Origin: Felis catus
Lineage: Eukaryota
Length of the DNA: 64,000 nucleotides
Direction of reading: 5' to 3'
Assembly: GCF_018350175.1 (NCBI RefSeq)
Contig: NC_058382.1
Coordinates: 50,902,001-50,966,000, forward strand
Positions 51,083 to 62,340 of this stretch are shown here, one piece after another. Every line of letters begins with the position of its first letter. The stretch's first letter is position 1. The translations under genes and the position numbers were made by a program. The notes below the pieces were generated by a model. It saw only the letters and a program-made list of their open reading frames with translations. It did not search any database and had not been told where the DNA came from.

Positions 51083-51152
51083 TGATAATTAGTTTAAGTC
51101 AAAAACCAATGATTTAGACTCATTAGATTATGGTTAATACTATAATTATCAA
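51083..51152 (+). pseudogene. MT-TR: Mitochondrial tRNA-Arg copy with mutated anticodon (TAG instead of TCG)
   Basis: Located between ND3 and ND4L; acceptor stem TGATAAT/ATTATCA; anticodon arm AATGA-TTTAGAC-TCATT. Confidence 0.9.
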
Positions 51153-51442
51153 ATGTCTATAGTGTATATTAGTATCTTCCTGGCCTTCATGATATCTCTA
51201 ATAGGATTGCTAATATATCGATCCCACCTAATATCATCCCTTCTATACTTAGTAGGGATGATATTATCTATATTTATCATAATAACCATAGTAATCTTAA
51301 CCACGTCACACTAGCCAGAATACCTATTATCCTACTAATATTTGCTGCCTGTGAAACAACACTGGGCCTGTCCCTCTTAGTAATAGTATCTAATACATAC
51401 AGCCCTTATTACGTACAAAACCTAAATCTCCGACAATGATAA
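51153..51442 (+). pseudogene. ND4L: ND4L (NUMT pseudogene)
   Basis: [71 protein letters not shown]; internal deletions; 7 bp overlap with ND4. Confidence 0.95.
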
Positions 51443-52003
51443 AAATCATTCCAAATGCAGGGCGCGTGGGTGGCTCAGGCGGTTGGGCGGCTGACTGGCT
51501 CAGATCATGATCTCGCAGTTCTTGAGTTCAAGACCCGCGTCGGGCTCTGTGCTGACAGCTGAGAGCCTGGAGTCTGCTTCGGATTCTGTGTCTCCTCCCT
51601 CTGCCCTGCCCCCATGCACACTCGCTCTCTCCCTCCCTATTTCTCTCAAAAACAAATAAACATTAAAAAACAGTTTTTTTAAATCATTCCAACAATAATA
51701 GTACTGCTAACATGCTGTCAAAACTCAACATAATTTGAATTAACTCAACAGCCTACAGCTTACTAATTACCCTCATTAGCCTCACCTACCTCAACCAATT
51801 CAAAAGTAACAGCCTTAGCTTCTCACTACTATTTTTCTCAGACTCACTCTCAGCACCCCTCCTGGCATTAACAGCACGGCTCCTCCCACTAACACTTACA
51901 GGCAGCCGATCGCACCTATCAAAAGGGACCCTGCCCCCCAAAAAACCTTTCTATCACAATACCCACTCTTCTGCAACTATTTCCAACCATAACCTTTACC
52001 ACT
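51436..52003 (+). pseudogene. ND4: ND4 5' fragment (NUMT pseudogene), SINE-interrupted
   Basis: ATG at 51436; after the SINE reads NMIWINSTAYSLLITLISLTYLNQF..FSLLFFSDSLSAPLL..SHLSK..; truncated at ACCTTTACCACT. Confidence 0.94.
51460..51680 (+). mobile_element. CAN-SINE (SINEC_Fc2-like) inserted in NUMT ND4
   Basis: TSD AAATCATTCCAA at 51443-51454 and 51681-51692. Confidence 0.94.
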
Positions 52004-52571
52004 GGCCGCTATCTGGTCCAGGCAGCTTAGATATCATCGGATCAAAATGTGTCCCACGTGCTTTCAATTACTGCAAGCTGGAGACAGAGTGAGCAAGAGA
52101 GGGGAGAAAGCTGCCATGTTTTGAGTGAGAATAAACGTATGATCGCCACAGGTGAACCCCGGCTAATAAAACGGAATTCTTCCTTCTCTAATTTTATAAA
52201 ACATTTATAACTACGCATGTATGAAACATGTTCCACTTAAGTTTAAAGGCTAGAACTTTCTTGGGTCCTCAGTGATGCAACACGAGGATTTACACGCTAG
52301 GAGTGGACGACATCACACAGCAGCTCTCCCGAGTTCCAGGACAGGGAAGAGTCTGCCCCCTCCCGTAATCATCTACCCTGCTGCAAATGCACCCCTTGTC
52401 CGAAGGGCACAGAGAGGAAGGGGAAGCTGGACCAAGCCGATCTGTGTGAACTAGTAAGTGAAAGTTTCTCCAGGTTCAGAGAAGTCGGCCAGGGGTCCTA
52501 TTTATTCCACAGTTCTTTCCTCCTTCTAGATCCTGAATGTTCATATATACACAGAAATGCACACATTGTAC

Positions 52572-53454
52572 GGGGCGCCTGGGTGGCTCAGTAGGTTAAG
52601 CGTCTGACTCTTCATTTCTGCCCAGGTCATGATCTCACGGTTTGTGACAGCAACCCCACTTTGGGCTCCATGCTGACAGCAGTATGGCCTGCTTGGGATC
52701 CTCTCCCTTGCTCTCTGCCTCTCTCTCTCTGTCTCCTCTCTCTCTCTCTCAAAAATAAATAAGAGTTAACATTAAGAAAAAAGAAATGTACACATATTAA
52801 CTTAGGGAAATGGAATACTTTTAGATATTACGTAGAGAAAGATTTTATTTTTGATGTTTATTTTTGAGAGAGAGAGAGACAGAGTGCAAATGGGGGAGGG
52901 GCAGAGAGCGAGGGAGACACAGAATTTGAAGCAGGATCCAGGCTCTGAGCTGTCAGCACAGAGCCCGATGCAGGGCTAAAACTCACAAACTGTGAAATCA
53001 TGACCTGAGCTGAAGGATACTGAAGTGACTGAGCCACCCAGGTGCCCCACATGTTAGGAAGGATTAATAAACTTTAAAAGACGGGGTGGCTGGGTGACTC
53101 AGGTCATGATCTCACGGTTTTTGAGTTCGAGTCCTGCATCCAGCTCTCTGCTTACAGGGTAGGGCCCCCATCAGATCCTCTCTGCCCCTCTGGCTCACGC
53201 CCTCTCAGTAAACATTTTCCTTTTCTTTTTTTTAATTTTTTTTTAATGTTTATTTATTTCTGAGACAGAGAGAGACAGAGCATGAGTGGGGGAAGGGCAG
53301 AGAGAGAGGGAGACACAGAATCCAAAGCAGGCTCCAGGCTCCGAGCTCTGAGCAGTCAGCACAGAGCCTGATGCGGGGCTTGAACTCACAAACTGTGAGA
53401 TCATGACCTGAGCCAAAGTTGGTCGCTCAACCGACTGAGCCACCCAGGTGCCCC
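52572..53454. mobile_element. Four CAN-SINEs in alternating orientation (+52572-52782, -52843-53048, +53083-53215, -53216-53454)
   Basis: Heads and tails read directly; TSDs AGAAATG(C/T)ACACAT and TAAACATT. Confidence 0.92.
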
Positions 53455-54836
53455 TAAACATTGTTCTTTAAAATAAGCTTTAAAAGACCGAGTTTTCCTT
53501 TAAGTAGTCAGTATTTCTTTGTTGGATGACGGGAGCAATACAAATAGAGAGGAGGGGGAGGTACGGGTGTTTTACTGAGAATCTGATGAAAATCTGAAAA
53601 GAGCTCAGCTCTCGTCCAGCCGCGCCTTCCCTGAAAGCACAGGCAGAGAGGTGCCCCATTATTCTGGAGGCAAAAATGTCAGATGATACAAGTTGAGGAA
53701 GAGAATGGATACAACGTGGTTCTGATGTATAAAATTCATGGACACACAATCACCACGGCTAGCAACCTGGAGCACCTGCCCCCCACGCGGGAGATAGTTT
53801 GTAACCAAGAGCTTTTCTTCCATAGAGATCTGAGCGATCACATAGTACAATCATCTTGTGAGTCTCACTATATTCTACACTGTATCCTCTAAGTGGTCAT
53901 TCAGCCTAAACCCAACACAAGGGATCTGGGGCGGGGGTCGGGGGTGAAGAAAACCGGCAGTTTCTAAGCCTGGCTCCTAAAAAAGAACCTCCCCAAGACG
54001 GCGGGGACACGCACTTGTTCTCAGACAAGCCTGCTCTCTGCTGTTCCCCACATCCACACCAATGGTATTACTATTCGTTATAGTATGGACGTGATATTCA
54101 AATCACAAATGACAATGGATCACGCTCAGGCCGAGCTTACAAGGTAGCTCCCAAAGAGTCTGAGATCAGGGAAAAGGAAAACCTAGCGACTCATCTTTGT
54201 GTAGGATTTGAACTTACAAACCGTTTTCTCCAGCATCTCACCCAGCCAAGAAACCCAACGACAACAGCACAGCGTGGTGAGGGGAGGTCAGTTTCTTCAC
54301 GGCCACACTGGAAGGTGAATGCCATGTTCACAGCCTGAATACCGGCCACTTTCCACTCACTGCAAAATCCTGGTGCTCCAGGCACAGACACCGCATTGCT
54401 TAAGGTCACCTCAAACAGACTCTGACCTTGTGTAACTTCCCAGAGACAAAACATCAGATTAAACTACATCAAAGTTCAGAAACAAATTTAGCCAGTTACT
54501 GATTGTTCTCTCTGAGTCGTGCTTCCCTTTCAAGCCTGACTTCCAAATGCCTGTGTGGGAGACTGTGGGAATCAAAGGCCCCAGAGGAAAATGGGATTCT
54601 TGGGAGCGTTAGGATAACAAATGCTAATACCCAACACCGCCATGGGCTCCTGAGGCAGAGGGTTGAGTGAGGAAAACAACTGCTATATTCATGCCTTGGA
54701 TTGGTTGCTTTGCTTACATATTTACTGCAGCTAGTATCATCTGCTCAATATGCAGCCAATAAAAATAGGATTCTGTTAACACTGTTAACGCGGAAGTTCT
54801 TTATAGACAAAACCATTTTTAAGAATAAATGATGAT

Positions 54837-55537
54837 GGGGGTGCCCGGGTGGCTCAGTCGGCTGAGCGTCCGACTTCCGCTCAGGTCCTGAGCTTGTGAG
54901 TTCGAGCCCCGTGGCGGGGTCTGTGCTGACAGCTCAGAACCTGGAGCCTGCTTCAGATTCTGTCTGTCCGTCTGTCTGTCTCTCTCTCTCTCTCTGCCTC
55001 TCCCCCACTCATGCCATGTCTCTGTCTCTCAAAAATAAATAAACATTAAAATATTTTTCTTAAAAAAAAAAGAGTAGGGGCGCCTGGGTGGCACAGTCGG
55101 TTAAGCGTCCGACTTCAGCCAGGTCACGATCTCGCGGTCCGTGAGTTCAAGCCCCGCATCAGGCTCAGGGCTGATGGCTCAGAGCCTGGAGCCTGTTTCT
55201 GATTCTGTGTCTCCCTCTCTCTCTGCCCCTCCCCCGTTCATGCTCTGTCTCTCTCTGTCCCAAAAATAAATAAACGTTGAAAAAAAAATTAAAAAAAAAA
55301 AAAAAGAGTAAATGATGATGATGATGCCTGGGCGGCTCAGTTGGTTAAGTATCCAACTTTGGCTCTGGTCATGATCTCACCATTCCTGAGTTCAAGCCCC
55401 ACATCAGGTTCTGTGCTGACAGCTCAGAGTCTGGAGCCTGCTTCAGATTCTGTCTCCCCCTCTGTCTCTGTTTTTCTCCGGCTCATGCTCTGTCTCTCTC
55501 TCTCTCTCTCTCAAAAATAAATAAACATTAAAAAAAT
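54837..55537 (+). mobile_element. Three stacked CAN-SINEs (54837-55071; young SINEC_Fc 55077-55305; 55323-55537)
   Basis: Target motif TAAATGATGAT recurs at the junctions; inner TSD AAAAAAAAAGAGTA. Confidence 0.93.
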
Positions 55538-56639
55538 AATAAATGATGATGATTTCATAGTTAGGAAGCAGTGACTCCTTATTTACTTTTCACTGTGGGA
55601 CCCTACATTATATTTGTAAGAAATATTATAACTAGATGAGGGATGCGTGGGTCACAGGAAACCAAAGGTTGTATGCTTCTCATTGGCACAGCTCTATTCA
55701 GAGGAAATTCACAGATAATTTCATCTGTTCAGACTGTGTAAGGTATTTTAAAATATTTTAAAATTCATGGGAATAATCAACACTCAGAAGAATTACATCT
55801 TTGGCAATGAAAAACACATTGAAAGGTTTTAGAGCCTTTGGAAACTGCCACTCAAGCTTATTATTTATGAACTCTTTGCTCTTTAAAATTGAGAACAAAG
55901 CAATTAACTACAATTTCACACCTTCAGAAAGACTAAGAACACAGTCTGCTATCTATTGTAAATTCCAAAGTGTATTCTTTCACTTAAATTTATAGTTCCA
56001 TTGCGTAGAAAATTTCCTCTTATTCAAAAGAAAGTTCGAAAGTGAATCTTTTTTTTTCACTGAAAATGGGCAATGCATACCAATTTTGTTCTTAAGAAAA
56101 TAAGCTTAATAGACTCCATTGTAAAAATAATTGAGAAGCCAATATTTAAGAACACAATACACACAGCAGACCATATCAAGTGGGATAATGTGCTCCTTGG
56201 TTTGTTCACTGAATGTGGTGATCAAAATTTGGTAAATGCATGCCGTGATAACAGGGTGGGTTCTAGTTACTGAGCATGAGCTCTTACTGGGGGTCAGGTC
56301 CTTAATCCCCACAGCGGCCCTGCTGTACTCACACGGCTACTAACCTCACATTCACTTGAATCAGTGAGACTGGGGAGGGGCACACAGGTGGGGAGGCATG
56401 GATTTGAACCCAGGTAGTCAGGTGAGAACTTGAGCACCCCTGTATGCACGTATGTGTATCCAGCAGGTGCTATGAAACGCTACACAGGATCAGTGGCGTT
56501 ATACCAAAATACTACAACTCAACCCCTGTCCCACCAAATAGGAGTTCCTTTTTGAGAATAAAAATAATGAAATCACTCTCCTGATTTTCAGACTTTAGAT
56601 CCGCTCAAAGAAAGAATTAGAATTGAACTGGCATTCCCG

Positions 56640-56900
56640 TGGTCTTTAGACCCATCATCTCTGTCTTCTCTGCCTACTGCCTGGGTCAGGCCCCTGCTGC
56701 CTCCTTCTGAACTGTTCTAGGAGATTCAACATCATCTTTCCAACCTCAGCCTCCTGCTCCATTACATTGTTCAGAGTGGCTCTGCTCCTGACCAGTCTAC
56801 TGCTCAAGGAACCTTTCAATGGGTGCTCCTGAGTATGTGATAAAATGCGTACAACCGAGACTTCTTGTGTCTGGGTCCCAACTGGGCTCTCAACACTCCC
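56640..56900 (+). mobile_element. L2 fragment
   Basis: CTCCATTAC..AGTGGCTCTGCTC..TTTCAATGGG L2 ORF2-like blocks. Confidence 0.5.
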
Positions 56901-57829
56901 CTTCCTTCTCCCCTCAGGAAGTAACCGCTGACTCTCTGATTCAACGGTTTCCATGTAATTCCTCTCCCCCACCCCAGCCCCAGGACTATTCTACGCATAC
57001 TTACCAAGGTCCTGCTGCCTTTAGTGGTCTGTGCCCAGCGGGCACCCTGAGAAATGCAAACAAACTGTACATGGATCCTGCCCTCAGGGCACAGACATTT
57101 AGGGCTCATGTGGCCCATGCACACACCCCGCTAAAATAAAGTAATTCACAAGAATGCGTACAACTTCGGAGATTTTATCTAATTCAGCTGGGAACTGTGT
57201 TTTTAGCTCAGCTATTTTAGTTGTCTTAACAACTGAAGCAAATGAACATACCTCGTGTGGAAAAGGGGGCTGGATTTCAGACTGGAGGAGATGAGGGTCA
57301 TGGTGTTGACCTTCAAGCAGAGAAACGCACAGTGATTTTTTTGTCCTCTCTTCTGATTTCACTTCTGTACTTATTTTCAAATTTGCCCCAAATATACTTT
57401 CTTACTTTCCCACTACTGGTCCCACAGTTTTCCTGCTTTACAAGAACTGTTTCCTTCCCTCTGCCCATTCAAAATACATAATACCATTACTATTCTCATC
57501 TACAAAGCCGCGCATGAAACCCAGCTCAGGGTAAAATGGCCGCTCCCTTCTGGGAGGTCCCCCAGCTCTGAGCCCTGGGGCCACACTTCCTTCACGATGG
57601 GGCGCCCAGAAAGCAGTGTGTTTCCTCCATAACCAGGTCAAGATGAATATATCCTCAGTCTTGTCAGAGCCTAGATCAGGGCCCTCAAAACGTGTTGTTC
57701 AACAAATATTTTCCCCTCAAAATTCTCCTGGGTCATATTCTTTTTCCTCAATATATTTCCTTTTAAAATTAACTTACCTTTCATTTGCTTTTTCTTTACA
57801 TTTACAAAATATTTTTCCACCTGCCTTTT

Positions 57830-57950
57830 CCATGTCAAGTGCTTCAAACATTGAATCTGTTAAGCCTCCGTTCCCTCACGTGTAGATTGGAGATAACAGT
57901 GTTATCTAAAATACAAGGTTATTAGGGGAACCGATTGAAACAATGATGGA
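57830..57950 (+). mobile_element. MIR fragment
   Basis: AAGCCTCCGTTCCCTCACGTGTAGATTGGAGATAACAGT. Confidence 0.6.
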
Positions 57951-58691
57951 CAAGGTGAGCACCTGTCAGCAGCAACTGAAAACTGGCGCGAAGCAGAACG
58001 ACAAGCCAGACTCTAGGCCGGGAACACAAAAGGAAATGTACTACTGCCCTCAGGGATACTGCTGTGTCACAGGGCAGGGAACTATATAGACAGAACGTAA
58101 TAACATGGAAAATATTAGTAGAGAGATCAGTACAGATGAGAAGAGTCTTTCCATTCAAGATGAGATTATGTTGGATGTTTCACAAAAGCAGAGTATGTGG
58201 ATTCTAGCATCTGAGGTTGTTTCTGGTTTACTTTTGCCTTGACAAGTCCTTGGATGACATATGGGGACTGAAAAAAATGTGAGGTTCCCGTAACAGTGGA
58301 AACCACACTGAATGGATTCTGGGAAGGGCAGCCATTCTGCACACGCCTGTACGTGGAGCCTGGAGCTGAGGTAGGAGGAAGACTGATAAACTGGTAGCAG
58401 GCAGTCCTTTCTGCACAACGGAAGCCAGCGACTCTACCCTGGAAAGGGATCCCAGTCATTCACCCCAGAGGCGAGTTATCACCATGCGCTGACCACATCT
58501 GTTTGCAATAAAATGCATGAGGGACCAACAGTAAATGGTCCTGTCTTCCCATTTCCCTTTCATTTTCCTACATACATAAATAATCCAACAGGTGCCTATG
58601 TGTTCTAGAGTGATCCCCATTCAGTGTCAGGAAAGGAAAATTTCATCAATGCATCTCCTTCCTCACAGAGCAGTACTGGAAACATCCAGGG

Positions 58692-60365
58692 ATAGAACAG
58701 AATAGAGAACCCAGAAATGGACCCAGAAATGTATGTCCAACTGATCTTTGACAAAGCAGGAAAGAAGAGCCAATGGAATAAAGACAGTCTCTTCAGCAAG
58801 TGGTGCTGGGAAAACTGGACAGCGACATGCAGAAGAATGAACCTGGACCACTTCCTTACATCATACACAAAAATAAACTCAAAATGGATAAAAGACCTAA
58901 ATGTAAGACAGGAGCCATCAAAATCCTAGAAGATAAAACAGGCAACAAACTTTCTGACCTCGGTCGCAGCAACCTCCTACTTGACGTGTCTCTAGAGGCA
59001 AGGGAAACAAAAGCAAAAATGAACTATTGGGTCCTCATCAAGATAAAAAGCTTCAACTGGGCTAAGGAAACAACCAACAAAACTAAAAGGCAACCGACGG
59101 AATGGGAGAAGATATTTGCAAATGACCTATCAGATAAGGGGTTAGTATCCAAAAATCTATAAAAAAGCTTAAACTCAACACCCAAAACACAAATACCCCA
59201 GTGAAGAAATGGGCAAAAGACATGAATAGACACTTTTTTAAAGAAGTNNNNNNNNNNNNNNNNNNNNNNNNNNNNNNNNNNNNNNNNNNNNNNNNNNNNN
59301 NNNNNNNNNNNNNNNNNNNNNNNNNNNNNNNNNNNNNNNNNNNNNNNNNNNNNNNNNNNNNNNNNNNNNNNNNNNNNNNNAGATGTCAACAAGGATGCAG
59401 AGAAAGAGGAACCCTTTTGCACTGCTGGTGGGGATGCCAACTGGGGCAGCCGCTCTGGGAAATAGTATGGAGATTCCTCAAAAAATTAAAAATAGAACGA
59501 CCCTCTGATCCAGCAATTACACTACTAGGTATTTATCCAAAGGACACAGGAGTGGTGTTTTGAAGGGCCACATGCACCCCAGTGTTTACAGCAGCACTAT
59601 CAACAACAGCCAAACTATGGGAAGAGCCCAAACGTTNNNNNNNNNNNNNNNNNNNNNNNNNNNNNNNNNNNNNNNNNNNNNNNNNNNNNNNNNNNNNNNN
59701 NNNNNNNNNNNNNNNNNNNNNNNNNNNNNNNNNNNNNNNNNNNNNNNNNNNNNNNNNNNNNNNNNNNNNNNNNNNNNNNNNNNNNNNNNNNNNNNNNNNN
59801 NNNNNNNNNNNNNNNNNNNNNNNNNNNNNNNNNNNNNNNNNNNNNNNNNCAAAAAGAATGAAATCTTGCCATTTTCAACCACATGGATGGAACTAGAGTA
59901 TATTATGCTAAGCTAAATAAATCAGAGAAAGACAAATATCATATGATTTCACTCCTATTTGGAATTTAAGAAACAAAACAAATGACACTAAGGGAAGGGA
60001 AGCAAAAAAAATGTAAGAACAGAGACGGAGACAAACCATAAAAGACTCTTAAATACAAAGAACAAATTGAGGGTTGCTGGCAGGGTGTTGGGTGGGGGGA
60101 TGGGCTAAAGGGGTGATGGGCATTAAGGAGGGCACTTGTTGGGATGAGCACTGGGTGTTATATCTAAGTGTTGAATCACTAACTTCTACTTCTGAAATTA
60201 TTATACTATATGTTAACTAACTTGGATTTAAAAAAAAAGAATCATTCTCAGAAGCCCTTACTACCACTTTATAGCATCTCCCCAATGTCTATCACATTAC
60301 CACGTATTATGTAAATTATCATTATATCATTACCTGAAAAAAACAAAAAAAACAAAAAAAACAAA
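58692..60365 (+). mobile_element. 5'-truncated carnivore L1 (ORF2 C-terminus and 3' UTR) with a 3' transduction
   Basis: ORF2 peptides [33 protein letters not shown] and KTKRQPTEWEKIFAN; 3' UTR to ~60238; extra segment 60239-60336; second A-tail; TSD GAAACATCCAGGG at 58679-58691 and 60366-60378. Contains two N-gaps. Confidence 0.93.
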
Positions 60366-60545
60366 GAAACATCCAGGGGGAAATAGGCTCTTAAAAAGAA
60401 AAAGATTTGTTTTTATTTGCCAGTGTAATTATTTTTAAGTAACTTTAATCTATTTTGAAATAGTTAATGTATATTTGTTATTATCAAAGACACAAGTGGG
60501 TTTAATAAGGTTAGGAACAGGACTGCAAAACTTAGAGCACAGACC

Positions 60546-61142
60546 GTGAGTTTGCCCTCGCTGTGTGCTCCATGAACACAACCTTAGCTGCTTAAACCAG
60601 GACATATTTATTTCCGCCCCCCCCCCACCGTGGACACGGGTCAGGAGTCTGGCCACAGCTGAGCTGGTCTTCTGCCCATGGTCTCACGGAGCTGCAAACG
60701 AGGCACCTGCTGGCCTGCGTTCTCACCCGGAGGCCTCCCTGGGAAGAAGCTGCTTGCACACGTTCAGTGGCTCATTCGGGTTGTGCTCAGAGACAACCCC
60801 TCGCAGCCATGGGAGTGCCTGGCTCTTCGCGGGCGGTAGGACTGAGGGTCCCGGGGGCTGCCCACAGCTCCTAGAAACCTCCTACAGGTCCTCACCTCAG
60901 GGCCTTCTCAGACATGGCCACTTTTTTCCATCCGGTTCACCAGGGGAGACCCTAGCTCCAGTCTGCCTGGACAGAGTCTTCTACAACCTAAGATAATCAC
61001 AGCAATGACATCCCGTTGTGTTTGCTCTGTTGGTCAGAAGCACAGCACAGGTCCTGCCGATGCTCCAGAGGGGCCGCACAAAGGCACGAACGTCAGGGAT
61101 TGGGACTCCTTGGGGATCACGGTAGGGTTCGTCGGCTACACT
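60546..61142 (-). mobile_element. MaLR solo LTR (MLT1E-like)
   Basis: GCTTAAAC..GGGTCAGGAGTCTGG..GGTCTCAC..GGACTGAGG..TTGGTCAGAAGCA..CAGGTCCTGCC. Confidence 0.75.
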
Positions 61143-61199
61143 AAGTCACAGGGATAACCTGTAAAAACACGTATGTGTCCATTATCTCAATTACCTAGA

Positions 61200-62335
61200 A
61201 TTAAAGGATCGAGAGAATGACTGAGAAGCTAGGCTTCACTAAAATGAGAAACTTCTGCTCTGGGACAGACAATGTCCACATAATGAGAAGACCAGCCAGA
61301 GACCAGAAGAACATATTTGCCAAAGACACATAGGATAAAGGACTGTTAGCCAGTATACGCAAAGAACTCTTAAAGCTCAATGTGATGAAAAATGGGCCAA
61401 AGACCTTAACAGACACCTCACCAAAGAAGGTATACAGATGGGAAATAAGCATACAAAAAATGCTTCCTATTATAGGTCATCAGGAAAACTCAGAACAGTG
61501 AGATACAACCACACACCTGTTAGAATGACAAAAACATGGAACACCGACAACAGCGAATGCTGGCAAGGGTGTGAAGCAACAGAAACTCTCACCCACCGTT
61601 GGGTCAGCGGCACAGGATGTGAAACAGTGCAGCCACTTGGGAAGACACATTAGCAGCAGCTTACAAAAGTAAATATACTCTTATAATATGATCCAGCCAT
61701 TATGCTCCTTGGTATTTCTTCCAGAGGAGTTGAAAACTGTGTCCACACAAAACCCTGCACATGGATGTTACAGGAGCTTTATTCATAAGTGCCTAAATAT
61801 GTAAGTAGCCACGATGTCCTTCAGGAGGTATGGATAAATTAACTGTGGTACATCCAGACAATGGCATATCACTNNNNNNNNNNNNNNNNNNNNNNNNNNN
61901 NNNNNNNNNNNNNNNNNNNNNNNNNNNNNNNNNNNNNNNNNNNNNNNNNNNNNNNNNNNNNNNNNNNNNNNNNNNNNNNNNNNNNNNNNNNNNNNNNNNN
62001 NNNNNNNNNNNNNNNNNNNNNNNNNNNNNNNNGATGAAAAGAGGAGCACAGAGGATGTTCAGGGTAGTGGAAATACTCTGTAGGGTATCATAATGATGGA
62101 TATATGTCATTATACATTTGTCCAAACCCACAGAATGGCCAACACCAAGAGTGAACCCTAATGTCACCTATGTCCTTTGAGTAATTATGATGTGTCAACA
62201 AAGCTTCATCAATTATAACAATGTACCATTCTAGGGGGGGTGTCAACAATGGGGCAGCAGTAGGGAATACATGGGAAATCTCTACTCCATCTACTCAATT
62301 TTGCTATGAACTTTAACATTCTCTAAGAAAATAAT
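61200..62335 (+). mobile_element. L1MC1/2-type 3' fragment (gap 61874-62032)
   Basis: AAATGGGCCAAAGACCTTAACAGACACCTCACCAAAGAAG..TTTGTCCAAACCCACAGAAT..AGAGTGAACCCTAATG. Confidence 0.88.
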
Positions 62336-62340
62336 TTATT

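Larger units (their letters stand above)
50319..52003 (+). pseudogene. NUMT: nuclear copy of mtDNA spanning COX3(3')-tRNA-Gly-ND3-tRNA-Arg-ND4L-ND4(5')
   Basis: Six mitochondrial genes in canonical vertebrate order with correct abutting/overlapping junctions. It contains frameshifts, AGA stops and a SINE insertion, and is flanked by nuclear sequence. Confidence 0.97.

Noticed and set aside
50319-52003. Authentic mtDNA contamination or misassembly
   Set aside because: Frameshifts, stops, CpG decay and a TSD-flanked SINE are incompatible with functional mtDNA.
54837-55537. Repeat-spacer (CRISPR-like) appearance of the recurring TAAATGATGAT
   Set aside because: Explained by SINE target-site duplications in a mammalian genome.
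58717-59916. L1 ORF2-like ORFs as functional CDS
   Set aside because: 5'-truncated, frameshifted and gapped; endonuclease and RT core absent.
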